Shown here in pieces: positions 47,897-57,184 of a DNA stretch of 64,000 nt. Origin of the DNA: an uncultured Candidatus Saccharibacteria bacterium (GTDB lineage Bacteria > Patescibacteriota > Dojkabacteria > SC72). The notes beneath the pieces were generated by a model that saw only the letters and a program-made list of their open reading frames with translations, made no database searches and was not told the origin of the DNA. Made by a program: the position numbers and the translations under genes. The first letter of the stretch is position 1; every line of letters starts with the position of its first letter. Where the stretch lies: assembly GCA_964618765.1 (NCBI GenBank), contig CAZUDZ010000003.1:18553-82552 (forward strand). Direction: 5' to 3'.

Positions 47897-49960
47897 TTAC
47901 TTCTCTTTAAACGGCCTCCCTTCTTCATACCCTAATTCCTCGTCACAAAGAGGACAATACACATGCTCCCCAACTAAATACCCGTGTTTTGGACAAATAC
48001 TAAAGGTAGGAGTGATGGAGAAGTAAGGTAAAGAGTAGTTCTCACATACCTTCCGTACTAGGTTTTTAACAGATTCCCCTGTAGGCATCCTTTCTCCCAG
48101 GAAGAGATGTAGAACTGTTCCTCCTGTGTATTTCGTTTGAAACTCATCTTGTAATTCTAAAGCCTCAAAGACATCATCTGTGTAACCAACTGGAAGCTGA
48201 GTACTATTAGTGTAATAGGGGGTAGCTGATTTACGCGTAGATATATCTGTTGCAGTCATTATTGATTCTCCAAATTTCTTTTTATCTGCCTTTGCAAACT
48301 TATATGAAGAAGACTCTCCCGGTGTTGCCTCTAAGTTGAAAAGACTGTTAGTCTCTTTCTGGTATCTCATAAGCCGTTCTCTCATATGATCCATTATCTC
48401 TAATGCAAATTCCCTTCCTTCTTCAGAGGTAATTCCTTTATCTTTATCTTTAAAGAAATTCATCATTGATTCATTCATACCCAAGATACCAATAGTGTTA
48501 AAGTGATTTTTAAAATACTCTTTAAACCTCTTCTTTATATCAGCAAGGTAGAAATGGGAGTAGGGGTACAAGCCTGCTTCTATATATTTTTCAATAAATT
48601 TCCTCTTGATAACTAAACTCTTCTTTGACAAATCCATTAATTTATCTAACCTCTTAAAATATTCTTTCTTACTGCTACTTAAATACCCAATCCTTGGAAG
48701 ATTAATAGTTACAACACCAATACTTCCTGTTAATGGATTAGATCCAAACAGACCACCTCCTCGCTTTTTTAATTCTCGATTGTCGATCCTGAGCCTACAA
48801 CACATGCTCCTGGCATCATCAGGATTCATATCTGAATTAATGAAATTCGAGAAATATGGGATACCATATTTAGCAGTCATCTCCCATATGGGCTTGTAAT
48901 CTTTATTATCCCAATCAAAACCCTTCGAGATATTGTATGTAGGTATGGGCCAAGAGAATAATCTGCCTTGTGCATCTCCTTCCATCATAATTTCACAAAA
49001 AGCCCTATTTATCATCCCCATCTCTTTCTGGAAATCCTTGTATTTCTCTTTTTGTACTTTTCCTCCAATAATTACTCCCTGATTAGCTAGTTGACCCGTT
49101 GGTATGAGATCCATCGTTATATTAGTAAAAGGAGCTTGGCACCCAACTCTAGTAGGAACATTCATATTAAAAACAAATTCTTGCATCTTCTGCTTTACTT
49201 GTTTGTATGTAAGCTTGTCATGTCTAATAAAAGGAGCTAGATATGTATCAAAACTAGAAAAAGCTTCCGCACCTGCTGCCTCATGTTGCAGGGTATAGAG
49301 GAAGTTAACACATTGACCTAATGCAGTACTAAAATGCTTTGCTGGTCCACATGATATCTTTCCCTTCACCCCTGTAAAACCTTTAAGAAGCAGATCTTCT
49401 AAACTCCAACCATTACAGTATGTAGCTAGCATTCCTAAATCATGAATATGAATATCCTTATCAATATTCGCATTAGAGATTTCTTTTGGATATATGCTGT
49501 GTAGCCAGTAATTAGCTTGTACAGTAGAGGAGATATAGTGGTTTAGACCTTGCCAAGAGTATGCCATATTACTATTCTCATTAACCTGCCAATCTAGTTT
49601 ATCAATGTACCCTCTTACTAAAGTATCAGCATCTATTAATGATTTAATATTTTTGACCTGATTCTTGAGACCAATGAATAGTTCAAATGCAACAGCAGTT
49701 TTACCATGCCCCATATCAATCAATGTTTGAGCTGTAATCTTTGAAATCTTCTTAGTGGTAACATACTCTTTTCCTGAATACTTCTCTTTCAATCTTCTTA
49801 CTACCTCATCAGCTATTTCGTATGCTCTCTCTCTATCCTCACCTCCGACACTCTCGGCAGCTTTAAATATTCCTGTAGCTAATCTCTCCTTCTCAAATTT
49901 TACTATTCGACCATCTCTCTTTTTTACTTTTAAAATCTTGGCAGGTTTCTGGGCAGGCAT
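47897..49960 (-). CDS. nrdD: Anaerobic (class III) ribonucleoside-triphosphate reductase, large fragment lacking glycyl-radical motif
   Basis: N-terminal ATP-cone 'VKKRDGRIVKFEKERL', NrdD core, C-terminal Zn ribbon 'CPKHG...CPLC'; the ORF stops before any RVxGY motif. Confidence 0.9.
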   Translation of the reverse strand: MPAQKPAKILKVKKRDGRIVKFEKERLATGIFKAAESVGGEDRERAYEIADEVVRRLKEKYSGKEYVTTKKISKITAQTLIDMGHGKTAVAFELFIGLKNQVKNIKSLIDADTLVRGYIDKLDWQVNENSNMAYSWQGLNHYISSTVQANYWLHSIYPKEISNANIDKDIHIHDLGMLATYCNGWSLEDLLLKGFTGVKGKISCGPAKHFSTALGQCVNFLYTLQHEAAGAEAFSSFDTYLAPFIRHDKLTYKQVKQKMQEFVFNMNVPTRVGCQAPFTNITMDLIPTGQLANQGVIIGGKVQKEKYKDFQKEMGMINRAFCEIMMEGDAQGRLFSWPIPTYNISKGFDWDNKDYKPIWEMTAKYGIPYFSNFINSDMNPDDARSMCCRLRIDNRELKKRGGGLFGSNPLTGSIGVVTINLPRIGYLSSSKKEYFKRLDKLMDLSKKSLVIKRKFIEKYIEAGLYPYSHFYLADIKKRFKEYFKNHFNTIGILGMNESMMNFFKDKDKGITSEEGREFALEIMDHMRERLMRYQKETNSLFNLEATPGESSSYKFAKADKKKFGESIMTATDISTRKSATPYYTNSTQLPVGYTDDVFEALELQDEFQTKYTGGTVLHLFLGERMPTGESVKNLVRKVCENYSLPYFSITPTFSICPKHGYLVGEHVYCPLCDEELGYEEGRPFKEK

Positions 49961-49989
49961 TTTTACTGTTTTTAAATTTTAATTAATTG

Positions 49990-50433
49990 TTACTGTAGAC
50001 TCTCTATCTCTTTAACTATCTCATTAACATCTTTAAACCCCTTATATACAGAAGCAAACCTTATGTAGGCTAGGGTATCTCTTGTTTTTAACCAATCCAA
50101 TATCATCAACCCTATCTCCTGAGAAGTAACCATATCCTCCTTATTAAATACATACTTCTCTACTTCATCTACGAACTCCTCTATATCTTCCTCACTAATC
50201 CTTTCATCATCTACTGCTTTCTTTATCCCTTTCCTAATTTTCTCTGTATCAAATTTTTCTAAAGAGCCATCTTTTTTCTCTATACTAAGATCTGCTTTTT
50301 CCACTCTTTCATATGTAGTAAACCTTTTACTACACCTTAAGCACTGTCTTCTTCGTCTTGTAGAACTGTCGTCCCTGTTGTCTCTCTTATCAACTACTTT
50401 CGTCGCTTCACTGTCACAAAATGGACATTTCAT
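49990..50433 (-). CDS. nrdR: Transcriptional repressor NrdR
   Basis: 'MKCPFCDSEATKVVDKR...RRRQCLRCSKRFTTYE' Zn ribbon plus ATP-cone; the ATG at 50433 is preferred over the track GTG start at 50445. Confidence 0.9.
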   Translation of the reverse strand: MKCPFCDSEATKVVDKRDNRDDSSTRRRRQCLRCSKRFTTYERVEKADLSIEKKDGSLEKFDTEKIRKGIKKAVDDERISEEDIEEFVDEVEKYVFNKEDMVTSQEIGLMILDWLKTRDTLAYIRFASVYKGFKDVNEIVKEIESLQ

Positions 50434-50441
50434 AAAAATAA

Positions 50442-50457
50442 CCACAATATATTGTAT
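50442..50457. promoter_or_regulatory. NrdR box (ccaCAATATATTGtat)
   Basis: Core CAATATATTG matches the NrdR-box core CwAtATaTwG exactly within a 12-bp perfect palindrome ACAATATATTGT; sits 9 nt upstream of the nrdR ATG. Confidence 0.55.
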
Positions 50458-50639
50458 GTGGATAATAAACTAATACAGCCAGTTGTATACGTCAAGAGCC
50501 TGTAGTAGGCAAATTGGGAGTTATTACTTCAAACAAAGGAGATCTCGTCAAATAGCAAGTTGCTATGGGGCTGTTTATATCTGTTATAGGCATAAATATA
50601 TGCTAATATATATTATATATAAACTTACCTTTTTTAAAA

Positions 50640-51158
50640 ATGGTTATACCTCTAGAAGATTTCCCTAAGTTAAGAGAGGAGAAATTAAAAGGAAAGACAA
50701 TTGTTGCAACATCTACTTTTATGGATCCTCCTCACCCAGGCCATGTCTCTTGTATTATGGAATCTAAAAAGTTTGGAGACATATTGGTAGTTATTATAGA
50801 TGGGGATACCAGAGCAAGGAATAAAAAGGGTAAAGAATTTATGCCTGCAGTTGATAGGGCCGATATCGCTGATGCCATAAAGGGTGTTGATTATGTCGTA
50901 ATACACGAAGACCCAGACGCATGGCACTGTGCAGATGCTGTTAAGCTTGTTAAACCAGATGTTTTTACAAAGGGTGGAGACAGAGATGAAAAGAACAGAG
51001 AGAACCCAGAGAGCGGTCTGAAATGGGAAGCAGATATAATTGAATCTTACGGTGGAAGAATAGAGTATGGAGTAGGAAAAGAGAAGGTTTGGTCCAGTTC
51101 AAACTACCTAGAAGAGTGGTATCAATTTAGGAAATCTCAAGAAGAGAAAGAGAAATAG
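50640..51158 (+). CDS. Cytidylyltransferase-like nucleotidyltransferase (HxGH family)
   Basis: 'FMDPPHPGHVSCI' (H/T)xGH motif and 'DILVVIIDGD...KGVDYVVIHED', like RfaE domain II / TagD-type nucleotidyltransferases. Confidence 0.55.
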   Translation: MVIPLEDFPKLREEKLKGKTIVATSTFMDPPHPGHVSCIMESKKFGDILVVIIDGDTRARNKKGKEFMPAVDRADIADAIKGVDYVVIHEDPDAWHCADAVKLVKPDVFTKGGDRDEKNRENPESGLKWEADIIESYGGRIEYGVGKEKVWSSSNYLEEWYQFRKSQEEKEK

Positions 51159-51162
51159 ATTA

Positions 51163-52098
51163 CTAACTACAACTAGGATTTTGCTTAAGATAACAATATA
51201 TTGAATTAGCAGCTACTGCTCCTTCACCTACTGCGGTTACTACCTGTTGGAACTTATTTGAATTGGTAGTGCAATCCCCTGCAGCCCAAACTCCTTCAAG
51301 AGTTGTTGCTTGTCTCTGGTCTACTATAATATGTTGTTTTTCATCTAAATCAACCCCTAACAGAGTAGGTAAACTTATATCAGGTCTTGATCCTATCTCA
51401 ATAAACAATCCATCTAGATTAAGGTCAGTAGTTTCCTTGTTTTCCTCCTTTAACAAGACCTTCTCTAATCTTCCTTCTCCATATAATCCAACAACATTAG
51501 TATTAAAAAGAACCTCTATATTATCCTTACTCTCTACATCCTCAACCCATGCAGGCTCTCCTCTTAACTTATCTCCTCGGTAAATGATGTAAACTTTCTT
51601 GGCAATATCAGCTAGCATTGTAGCAGCCATAGTGGCAGCATTACTTCCTCCTACAACTCCGACAGTTTTTTCTTTGTAAAACATTGCATCACAGGTAGCA
51701 CAGTAAGAAACTCCCTTACCTAAATATTTGTCCTCATTTGGCAATTTTAATTTGTTTCTCTCTGTCCCAGTAGATAGAAGAACTGTTTTAGAGAAATACT
51801 CCTTTCCACTTTCTGTTATTAATTTAAACAAACCTCTTTCCTTCTTAATGTCAACAATATTTTCAAAAGAAAACTCTCCTCCTTGCTCTTTAGCTTGATC
51901 ATGCATTCTTTGACCTAATTCTAGGCCAGTTATATCTTTGAGACCTGGATAATTACATATCTTATGGGCATCTGCTATCGTGCCACCGGGCATTTTACCA
52001 AACACAATGTTTCTTAGTCGGTATCTACTCGCATATATGCTAGCACTTAGTCCTGCAGATCCAGATCCAACTATCGCAATGTCATAGAGGTCATTCAT
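51163..52098 (-). CDS. trxB: Thioredoxin-disulfide reductase
   Basis: FAD site 'DIAIVGSGSAGLSAS', redox-active 'CATCDAMF', NADPH site 'VGVVGGSNAA'. Confidence 0.9.
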   Translation of the reverse strand: MNDLYDIAIVGSGSAGLSASIYASRYRLRNIVFGKMPGGTIADAHKICNYPGLKDITGLELGQRMHDQAKEQGGEFSFENIVDIKKERGLFKLITESGKEYFSKTVLLSTGTERNKLKLPNEDKYLGKGVSYCATCDAMFYKEKTVGVVGGSNAATMAATMLADIAKKVYIIYRGDKLRGEPAWVEDVESKDNIEVLFNTNVVGLYGEGRLEKVLLKEENKETTDLNLDGLFIEIGSRPDISLPTLLGVDLDEKQHIIVDQRQATTLEGVWAAGDCTTNSNKFQQVVTAVGEGAVAANSIYCYLKQNPSCS

Positions 52099-52177
52099 AG
52101 TTATTTTCGTAATAAATATATATCAAGAATGATATTTTAACATATATTTACAATGAAAATCTTTTAAAAGGGGTCTT

Positions 52178-52237
52178 AAGGAGGGAAATCTGTTTATATG
52201 AGCAATATGCTCTATATATTTGGCAGATTCCCTCCTT
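52178..52237 (-). terminator. Long imperfect hairpin (15-bp stem, nested inner stem) followed by a U-run on the minus strand
   Basis: AAGGAGGGAAATCTG...CAGATTCCCTCCTT with inner GAGCA-ata-TGCTC; on the minus strand it is followed by CCCCUUUUAAAAG; lies between the lipoprotein gene stop and the trxB start. Confidence 0.3.
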
Positions 52238-52243
52238 GGCAAC

Positions 52244-52759
52244 CTATTCATTTACAGGAAGAAGAAAGTACTGACTTCCTGTAACTCTCCAAACGGAGAG
52301 TTCTGTGTTATTTTGAGAGTCGATACCCAGATTCTCAAAAATATACCAAGAGATAACTGTCTCTCCTAACCCAGGACAGTTTTCCTCTACAAAGTAGAGA
52401 TTGTCCTGTGGAATTTGGAAATCCCATGGAGGAGAGATCGGATCTTCCCAAGTACAAACCTTAGAACTTCGCAAGTAAAGACTTACTTCCACTAGGTTTG
52501 ACTGGTAAAGATTTTTCAGAAGAATGTAATCCCCAGAGGGGAGCTTAGCTCCTGTCTTGTCTTCAGGAATTGCAACATTCTTTTCCTCTGGTAATATTAC
52601 TACACTCCCTTTCTCTCTGGCTTTCTGCAGAGCCCAGTCTTGGGGGAGAGTGGAATCTTCAATCCCAGGACTCTCCGCACAAGCAGAAAGGAGTGCAAAA
52701 CCCAAAATGGTAATGATCAATAACTTTTTCATCTCTTTCCTTTCAGAATGGGACCTCAA
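52244..52759 (-). CDS. Hypothetical lipoprotein
   Basis: 'MKKLLIITILGFALLSAC' signal peptide with an LSAC lipobox; the track start is probably extended upstream. Confidence 0.4.
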   Translation of the reverse strand: MRSHSERKEMKKLLIITILGFALLSACAESPGIEDSTLPQDWALQKAREKGSVVILPEEKNVAIPEDKTGAKLPSGDYILLKNLYQSNLVEVSLYLRSSKVCTWEDPISPPWDFQIPQDNLYFVEENCPGLGETVISWYIFENLGIDSQNNTELSVWRVTGSQYFLLPVNE

Positions 52760-52767
52760 AAGAGGTT

Positions 52768-52824
52768 GATTAATAACGACATAGAAACATCCATATTTTG
52801 AATATCTTTATGTCGCTATTAATC
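52768..52824 (-). terminator. Long inverted repeat (~18-bp arms) between map and the lipoprotein gene
   Basis: GATTAATAACGACATAGA-(19 nt)-TCTTTATGTCGCTATTAATC; on the minus strand it is followed by AACCUCUUUUGAGG. Confidence 0.3.
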
Positions 52825-52940
52825 CAGAAAGAAATATTATGAATAGGTCTTTTTAAAGAGCAGTTACTCCTTATGTACTAAGACAAGAAGGAATATATAG
52901 GTGTCCAACCTATAGTATATTATACCATTTTTAGAGATAA

Positions 52941-53708
52941 TTAAACAATCACACCCCAACCCAATGTATTAGTCAATATTACTGGCTTATCCTCTCTTAC
53001 TATAACCATATACTCAAACATAACACTATTCCCTCCATAAAGAGTTCTAGCAGACCATCCATCCTCATCATCTATACTAACTCCATTAACATCATCAACA
53101 ACCTGACACTCTACACACAGCACCATCCCATCCTCTAATAATTCTCCTGTACCTTTCTTTCCGAAAGCAGGAACCTCAGGATCATCATGCAAAGTCTTTC
53201 CAATACCATGTCCTACAAACATTCTTAATGTATTGTATCCATTTTTCTTAGCTTCTTTCTCCATTTCATATCCTAAATCCCCAGTTCTGTTTCTTACTAC
53301 TGCCTTACTTACTGCATTCTCTACAGCAACTCTACCAGCATTTAGAAGCTTCTGGTTTTCTTTGGTTGGTTCCCCAATACTCCATGTCCAACAGTGATCT
53401 GTATATATATCCTTGTAATATATACCAAAATCAATAGAGACAAGGTCACCCTTTTTAAAGGGGATATCTTTAGGTACTCCATGCACTGCAACATCATTAA
53501 CAGAAATACAGGTATTAAAATTGTATCCTTCAACTCTCTTAAAAGCAGATTTAACACCATACTTTTTACATAAATATCCTGCTTGCATATCTATCTCCAA
53601 ACCAGTCACACCCTCCCTAAGCTTTTCTCCTAAATGCCTTAATATCCCCACAGATATCTCTGCTGCCTCTTTTAATATTTCTTCTTCTTTAGCTTTTGTT
53701 ACTATCAT
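52941..53708 (-). CDS. map: Methionine aminopeptidase, type I
   Basis: Pita-bread fold motifs 'CISVNDVAVHGVP', 'DFG' and 'GHGIG' metal ligands. Confidence 0.9.
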   Translation of the reverse strand: MIVTKAKEEEILKEAAEISVGILRHLGEKLREGVTGLEIDMQAGYLCKKYGVKSAFKRVEGYNFNTCISVNDVAVHGVPKDIPFKKGDLVSIDFGIYYKDIYTDHCWTWSIGEPTKENQKLLNAGRVAVENAVSKAVVRNRTGDLGYEMEKEAKKNGYNTLRMFVGHGIGKTLHDDPEVPAFGKKGTGELLEDGMVLCVECQVVDDVNGVSIDDEDGWSARTLYGGNSVMFEYMVIVREDKPVILTNTLGWGVIV

Positions 53709-53741
53709 GATAGATTATACTACGATTGAAAAATTTAATTA

Positions 53742-54539
53742 ATGATATACTCAATCATGCAAAAAAGTAAAAAAGTTAATACAGAAAAACTACTCTTCTT
53801 TGATACGGAAACGACAGATATTCAAAGTAAAGATATTGTGCAACTAGCATTGTTAAAAGAAGATGGCACACAACTTAATATGTACTTTAACCCAATACAG
53901 GAGATTAGCTTTACAGCAATGTCCATACATCACCTAACCCCAGAGTTTTTGCAAAAATTTACACCTTTTGAGAATGCAAAACTTCCTAAAGATTTTCAAG
54001 ACCAAAAGTTTAAAGGAGATGATTTGAAGAAATATCTTGAGTATCTTGCTAAAGAATATATTTGGGTTGCTCACAATGTAGAATTTGACAAAGAGGTTTT
54101 AGAGAAGAAAGGTATAGAGATACCAAAAACCATATGTACATTCAAATTAGCTAGAAACATGCTAACAGAAAATGAGCTAGATTTAGAAAGTTACTCCTTA
54201 CAATACCTTCGTTACTATCTAGGTCTTTACAAAGCAGAAGATAGTGATCATAACTGTGCGCATGATGCATTAAGTGATGTATATTTTCTCAGAGATCTGT
54301 TTGAATATATTAAGAAAAATAGTAAATTAAGTATCGAGAATATGATGCAGATATCCAGAGAGCCTGCATACATTAGGAATATTAATTTCGGGAAATACGC
54401 AGGATATGCACTAAGTGATGTTGCAAAAGAGGACAGAGGATATCTTGAGTGGATGCTGAACAATCTTACAGAGAAAGATGATCTAAAATGGAATATTGAG
54501 AGGGTGCTGGATAGCGGTGGTGGAACTCTGTTTGGGTAA
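53742..54539 (+). CDS. DEDD-family 3'-5' exonuclease (DnaQ-like) with C-terminal accessory domain
   Basis: Exo I 'LLFFDTETTD', Exo II 'VAHNVEFD' and Exo III 'HDALSD'; C-terminal 'KYAGYALSDVAKEDRGYLEWMLN' motif. Confidence 0.7.
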   Translation: MIYSIMQKSKKVNTEKLLFFDTETTDIQSKDIVQLALLKEDGTQLNMYFNPIQEISFTAMSIHHLTPEFLQKFTPFENAKLPKDFQDQKFKGDDLKKYLEYLAKEYIWVAHNVEFDKEVLEKKGIEIPKTICTFKLARNMLTENELDLESYSLQYLRYYLGLYKAEDSDHNCAHDALSDVYFLRDLFEYIKKNSKLSIENMMQISREPAYIRNINFGKYAGYALSDVAKEDRGYLEWMLNNLTEKDDLKWNIERVLDSGGGTLFG

Positions 54540-54584
54540 TTGGAAAAATTTACATATTAGAAGACATCAAGTATATTATTACAT

Positions 54585-56321
54585 ATGTTAAAAAAGAGAA
54601 GTAGCATAAAGTTTGGTGGAGCCTCAGGTCAGGGAATTAATACAATTGGTATGTTACTGGCGAAATCTCTTAATGATCAAGGATACAAAGTATTTGCTTA
54701 CAGAGAGTATCCATCCCTCATAAAGGGAGGTATTGCATCTTACCAAGTAGATTTTGCAAACAACAAAGTAAATTCATCTTCGAGACAGTGTGATATTTTA
54801 ATTACATTCACACAAGAATCTTTCGATGAATACCTTAAAGATACAAGAGAGAATGGTATCGTAATGTATGACCAGAAAGGAATTACTACAACAGAGCAAC
54901 AACAGCTTTTCATTAAAAAACAGAATATTTCTTTAATTTTCCTTGATAGTGAAAAGATTGCAACAGATGCCGGTGGTACAAAGATTATGTCAAATGTAGT
55001 AATGTTAGGATTTGTATGGAAAACATTGAATTTAGATGTAGATAGTTTAACAGCAATTGTTTTAGATCATTTCAAAAGCAAGAATATAGATATAGTAGCA
55101 GAGGAGAACTGTATCAAAGCAGGATACAATTCCCCGACCTTTAGACCAGAATTTAAGGAGAAGATAGCTGTACCAAAGGCAGGATTTTTAAAACAAAGTA
55201 ACTATATCATGACAGGAAACCATGCACTTTGCTTAGGAGCAATATCTTGTGGTGTTAGAGGATACTACGGCTACCCCATGACACCTGCTACCTCCATATT
55301 TAAATATCTAGGAGATACTGCTCAAGAGACAGGGATTCTAGTAAAGCAGGCAGAAAACGAAATTACCGCAGTACAGTTGGCACTAGGGAGTATGTATATG
55401 GGAACAAGAGCCTTAGTAGCAACCTCAGGAGGAGGTTTTGATCTAATGACAGAGACTCTCTCTTGTGCAGGCATGTCTGAGACACCTTTAGTAATTATCC
55501 TCTCCCAAAGAGCCGGTGCATCAACAGGAGTTCCTACATGGAGTGGGGCTGCTGACTTAAACCTAGCCGTCAACGCAGGACACGGAGAGTTTCCTAGATG
55601 TGTACTTGCGGCTAGTGATGTTCAATCTAGCTATACACTAGTACAAAAAGCTTTTAATGTTGCAGAGAAATATCAACTTCCAGTAATCTTACTTTCAGAA
55701 AAACAAATCTCAGAATCCATATTTAGCCTTAAAGATATTCCTAAAAACCTTCCCATTGAAAGAGGTCTAACAGAGAGACTACAAGGAGATGAACAGAGAT
55801 ATCAAATTACAGACACCGGAATCTCTCCTCGATGGGTTCCTTCTAAAGAAAGAAAACCATACCTGTCAAGTAGTGATGAGCATACGCAAGATTCAACCAG
55901 TACAGAAGTTTCTAAAGAAATTATTGAGATGGCAGACAAAAGGATGAGGAAATTAGAAGTTTTGCAAAATGAAATCCCTCAACCAACCCTCTACGGACAA
56001 AAGAATGCCCCCATCACATTTGTAGGCTGGGGAAGTGTAAAAAATGCTGTACTAGATGCTATCGAAGAGACGGTTAGTAGTAACGAAAAAAGTAAAATCT
56101 CCTACCTACACTACGAATATATCTACCCTCTACAAACAGAGCTTCTAGAAGAAATAATTTCAAAAGGACACAGATTAGTTTTGGTAGAGAATAATCAAAC
56201 AGGCCAACTTGGAGATTTAATTAAGCAAAGCATAGGATATGAATTTAAAGACAAATTACTAAAATATGATGGGAGACCATTTTTTATGGAAGATATATTA
56301 GATTTTTTAAAAACTAAATGA
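54585..56321 (+). CDS. 2-oxoacid:ferredoxin oxidoreductase, fused gamma-alpha subunit
   Basis: N-terminal gamma domain 'KFGGASGQGINTIGMLLAKSL' followed by the alpha (pyrimidine-binding, transketolase-like) domain. Confidence 0.8.
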   Translation: MLKKRSSIKFGGASGQGINTIGMLLAKSLNDQGYKVFAYREYPSLIKGGIASYQVDFANNKVNSSSRQCDILITFTQESFDEYLKDTRENGIVMYDQKGITTTEQQQLFIKKQNISLIFLDSEKIATDAGGTKIMSNVVMLGFVWKTLNLDVDSLTAIVLDHFKSKNIDIVAEENCIKAGYNSPTFRPEFKEKIAVPKAGFLKQSNYIMTGNHALCLGAISCGVRGYYGYPMTPATSIFKYLGDTAQETGILVKQAENEITAVQLALGSMYMGTRALVATSGGGFDLMTETLSCAGMSETPLVIILSQRAGASTGVPTWSGAADLNLAVNAGHGEFPRCVLAASDVQSSYTLVQKAFNVAEKYQLPVILLSEKQISESIFSLKDIPKNLPIERGLTERLQGDEQRYQITDTGISPRWVPSKERKPYLSSSDEHTQDSTSTEVSKEIIEMADKRMRKLEVLQNEIPQPTLYGQKNAPITFVGWGSVKNAVLDAIEETVSSNEKSKISYLHYEYIYPLQTELLEEIISKGHRLVLVENNQTGQLGDLIKQSIGYEFKDKLLKYDGRPFFMEDILDFLKTK

Positions 56322-57181
56322 GTATAAATATAGCTGATTACAATTCAGAAAATGCCTTTACGTGGTGTCCAGGATGTGGGAACTTTGCACTTCAAGTATC
56401 TCTTAGAAAGGCTCTAGCAGAGTTAAATATATCTCCTTCAGAGACATTCATAGCCTTTGATATTGGCTGTAATGGAAATGCTGCAGACAAAATCAACACA
56501 TACGCTTTTAAAGGATTACACGGAAGAGCCATCGCTCTTGCTACAGGAGCGCATTTAGCAAACAGGAAATTCACAGTATTTGCAGATATTGGAGATGGAG
56601 GCTGTTTCCATGAAGGCCTAGATCATCTTGTGCACGCTATTCGATCCAACTATAACATCACTATCTTAATTCATAACAATGAAAATTTTGCCCTAACAAC
56701 GGGTCAAGCTACAATTACAACTAAAAAAGAGAAACCTATGTACGGTCTACCCTTTGGAATCCCAGAGAGGAATTTAAATATCTCAAACTTTATACTTAAT
56801 CTACACCCATCCTTCTACGCTAGAACATACTCAGGAGACCCAGTTCAAATGACTCAAATTATAAAGGAAGCAGTACAAAACCAAGGCTGTAGTGTAATTG
56901 AAATTATGCAACTGTGTCCATCATACAACAAAGAGTTTACTCCTCAATGGGCTACAGAGAATATGAAGAAGACAGAAGAGTTAGAAAAATACACACCTAC
57001 TTCCTTTGAAGATGCACAAAACCTTCTTAAAAAAGATTCCATATATACTGGTATAATATTCAGAGATTCAAATATTCCTACTTTCTATGATTCTTCGCAA
57101 TCAAGAAAAAACTCTCTTACTGAACTCACAGAAGAGGTAAAGGAGTACAATATTAAAAAACTTTTAACATATTTTAAATAG
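56318..57181 (+). CDS. 2-oxoacid:ferredoxin oxidoreductase, beta (TPP-binding) subunit
   Basis: 'WCPGCGNFA' N-terminal motif and TPP-binding 'GDGG...HNNENFALTTGQ'; 4-nt overlap with the alpha gene. Confidence 0.85.
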   Translation: MSINIADYNSENAFTWCPGCGNFALQVSLRKALAELNISPSETFIAFDIGCNGNAADKINTYAFKGLHGRAIALATGAHLANRKFTVFADIGDGGCFHEGLDHLVHAIRSNYNITILIHNNENFALTTGQATITTKKEKPMYGLPFGIPERNLNISNFILNLHPSFYARTYSGDPVQMTQIIKEAVQNQGCSVIEIMQLCPSYNKEFTPQWATENMKKTEELEKYTPTSFEDAQNLLKKDSIYTGIIFRDSNIPTFYDSSQSRKNSLTELTEEVKEYNIKKLLTYFK

Positions 57182-57184
57182 TAA

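Noticed and set aside
47897-47935. C-terminal 'LGYEEGRPFKEK' of the large NrdD ORF as the glycyl-radical motif
   Set aside because: It lacks the invariant RVxGY context. The downstream 45-codon ORF carries a much better match (SRVVGYLSP...WNVGKQ).
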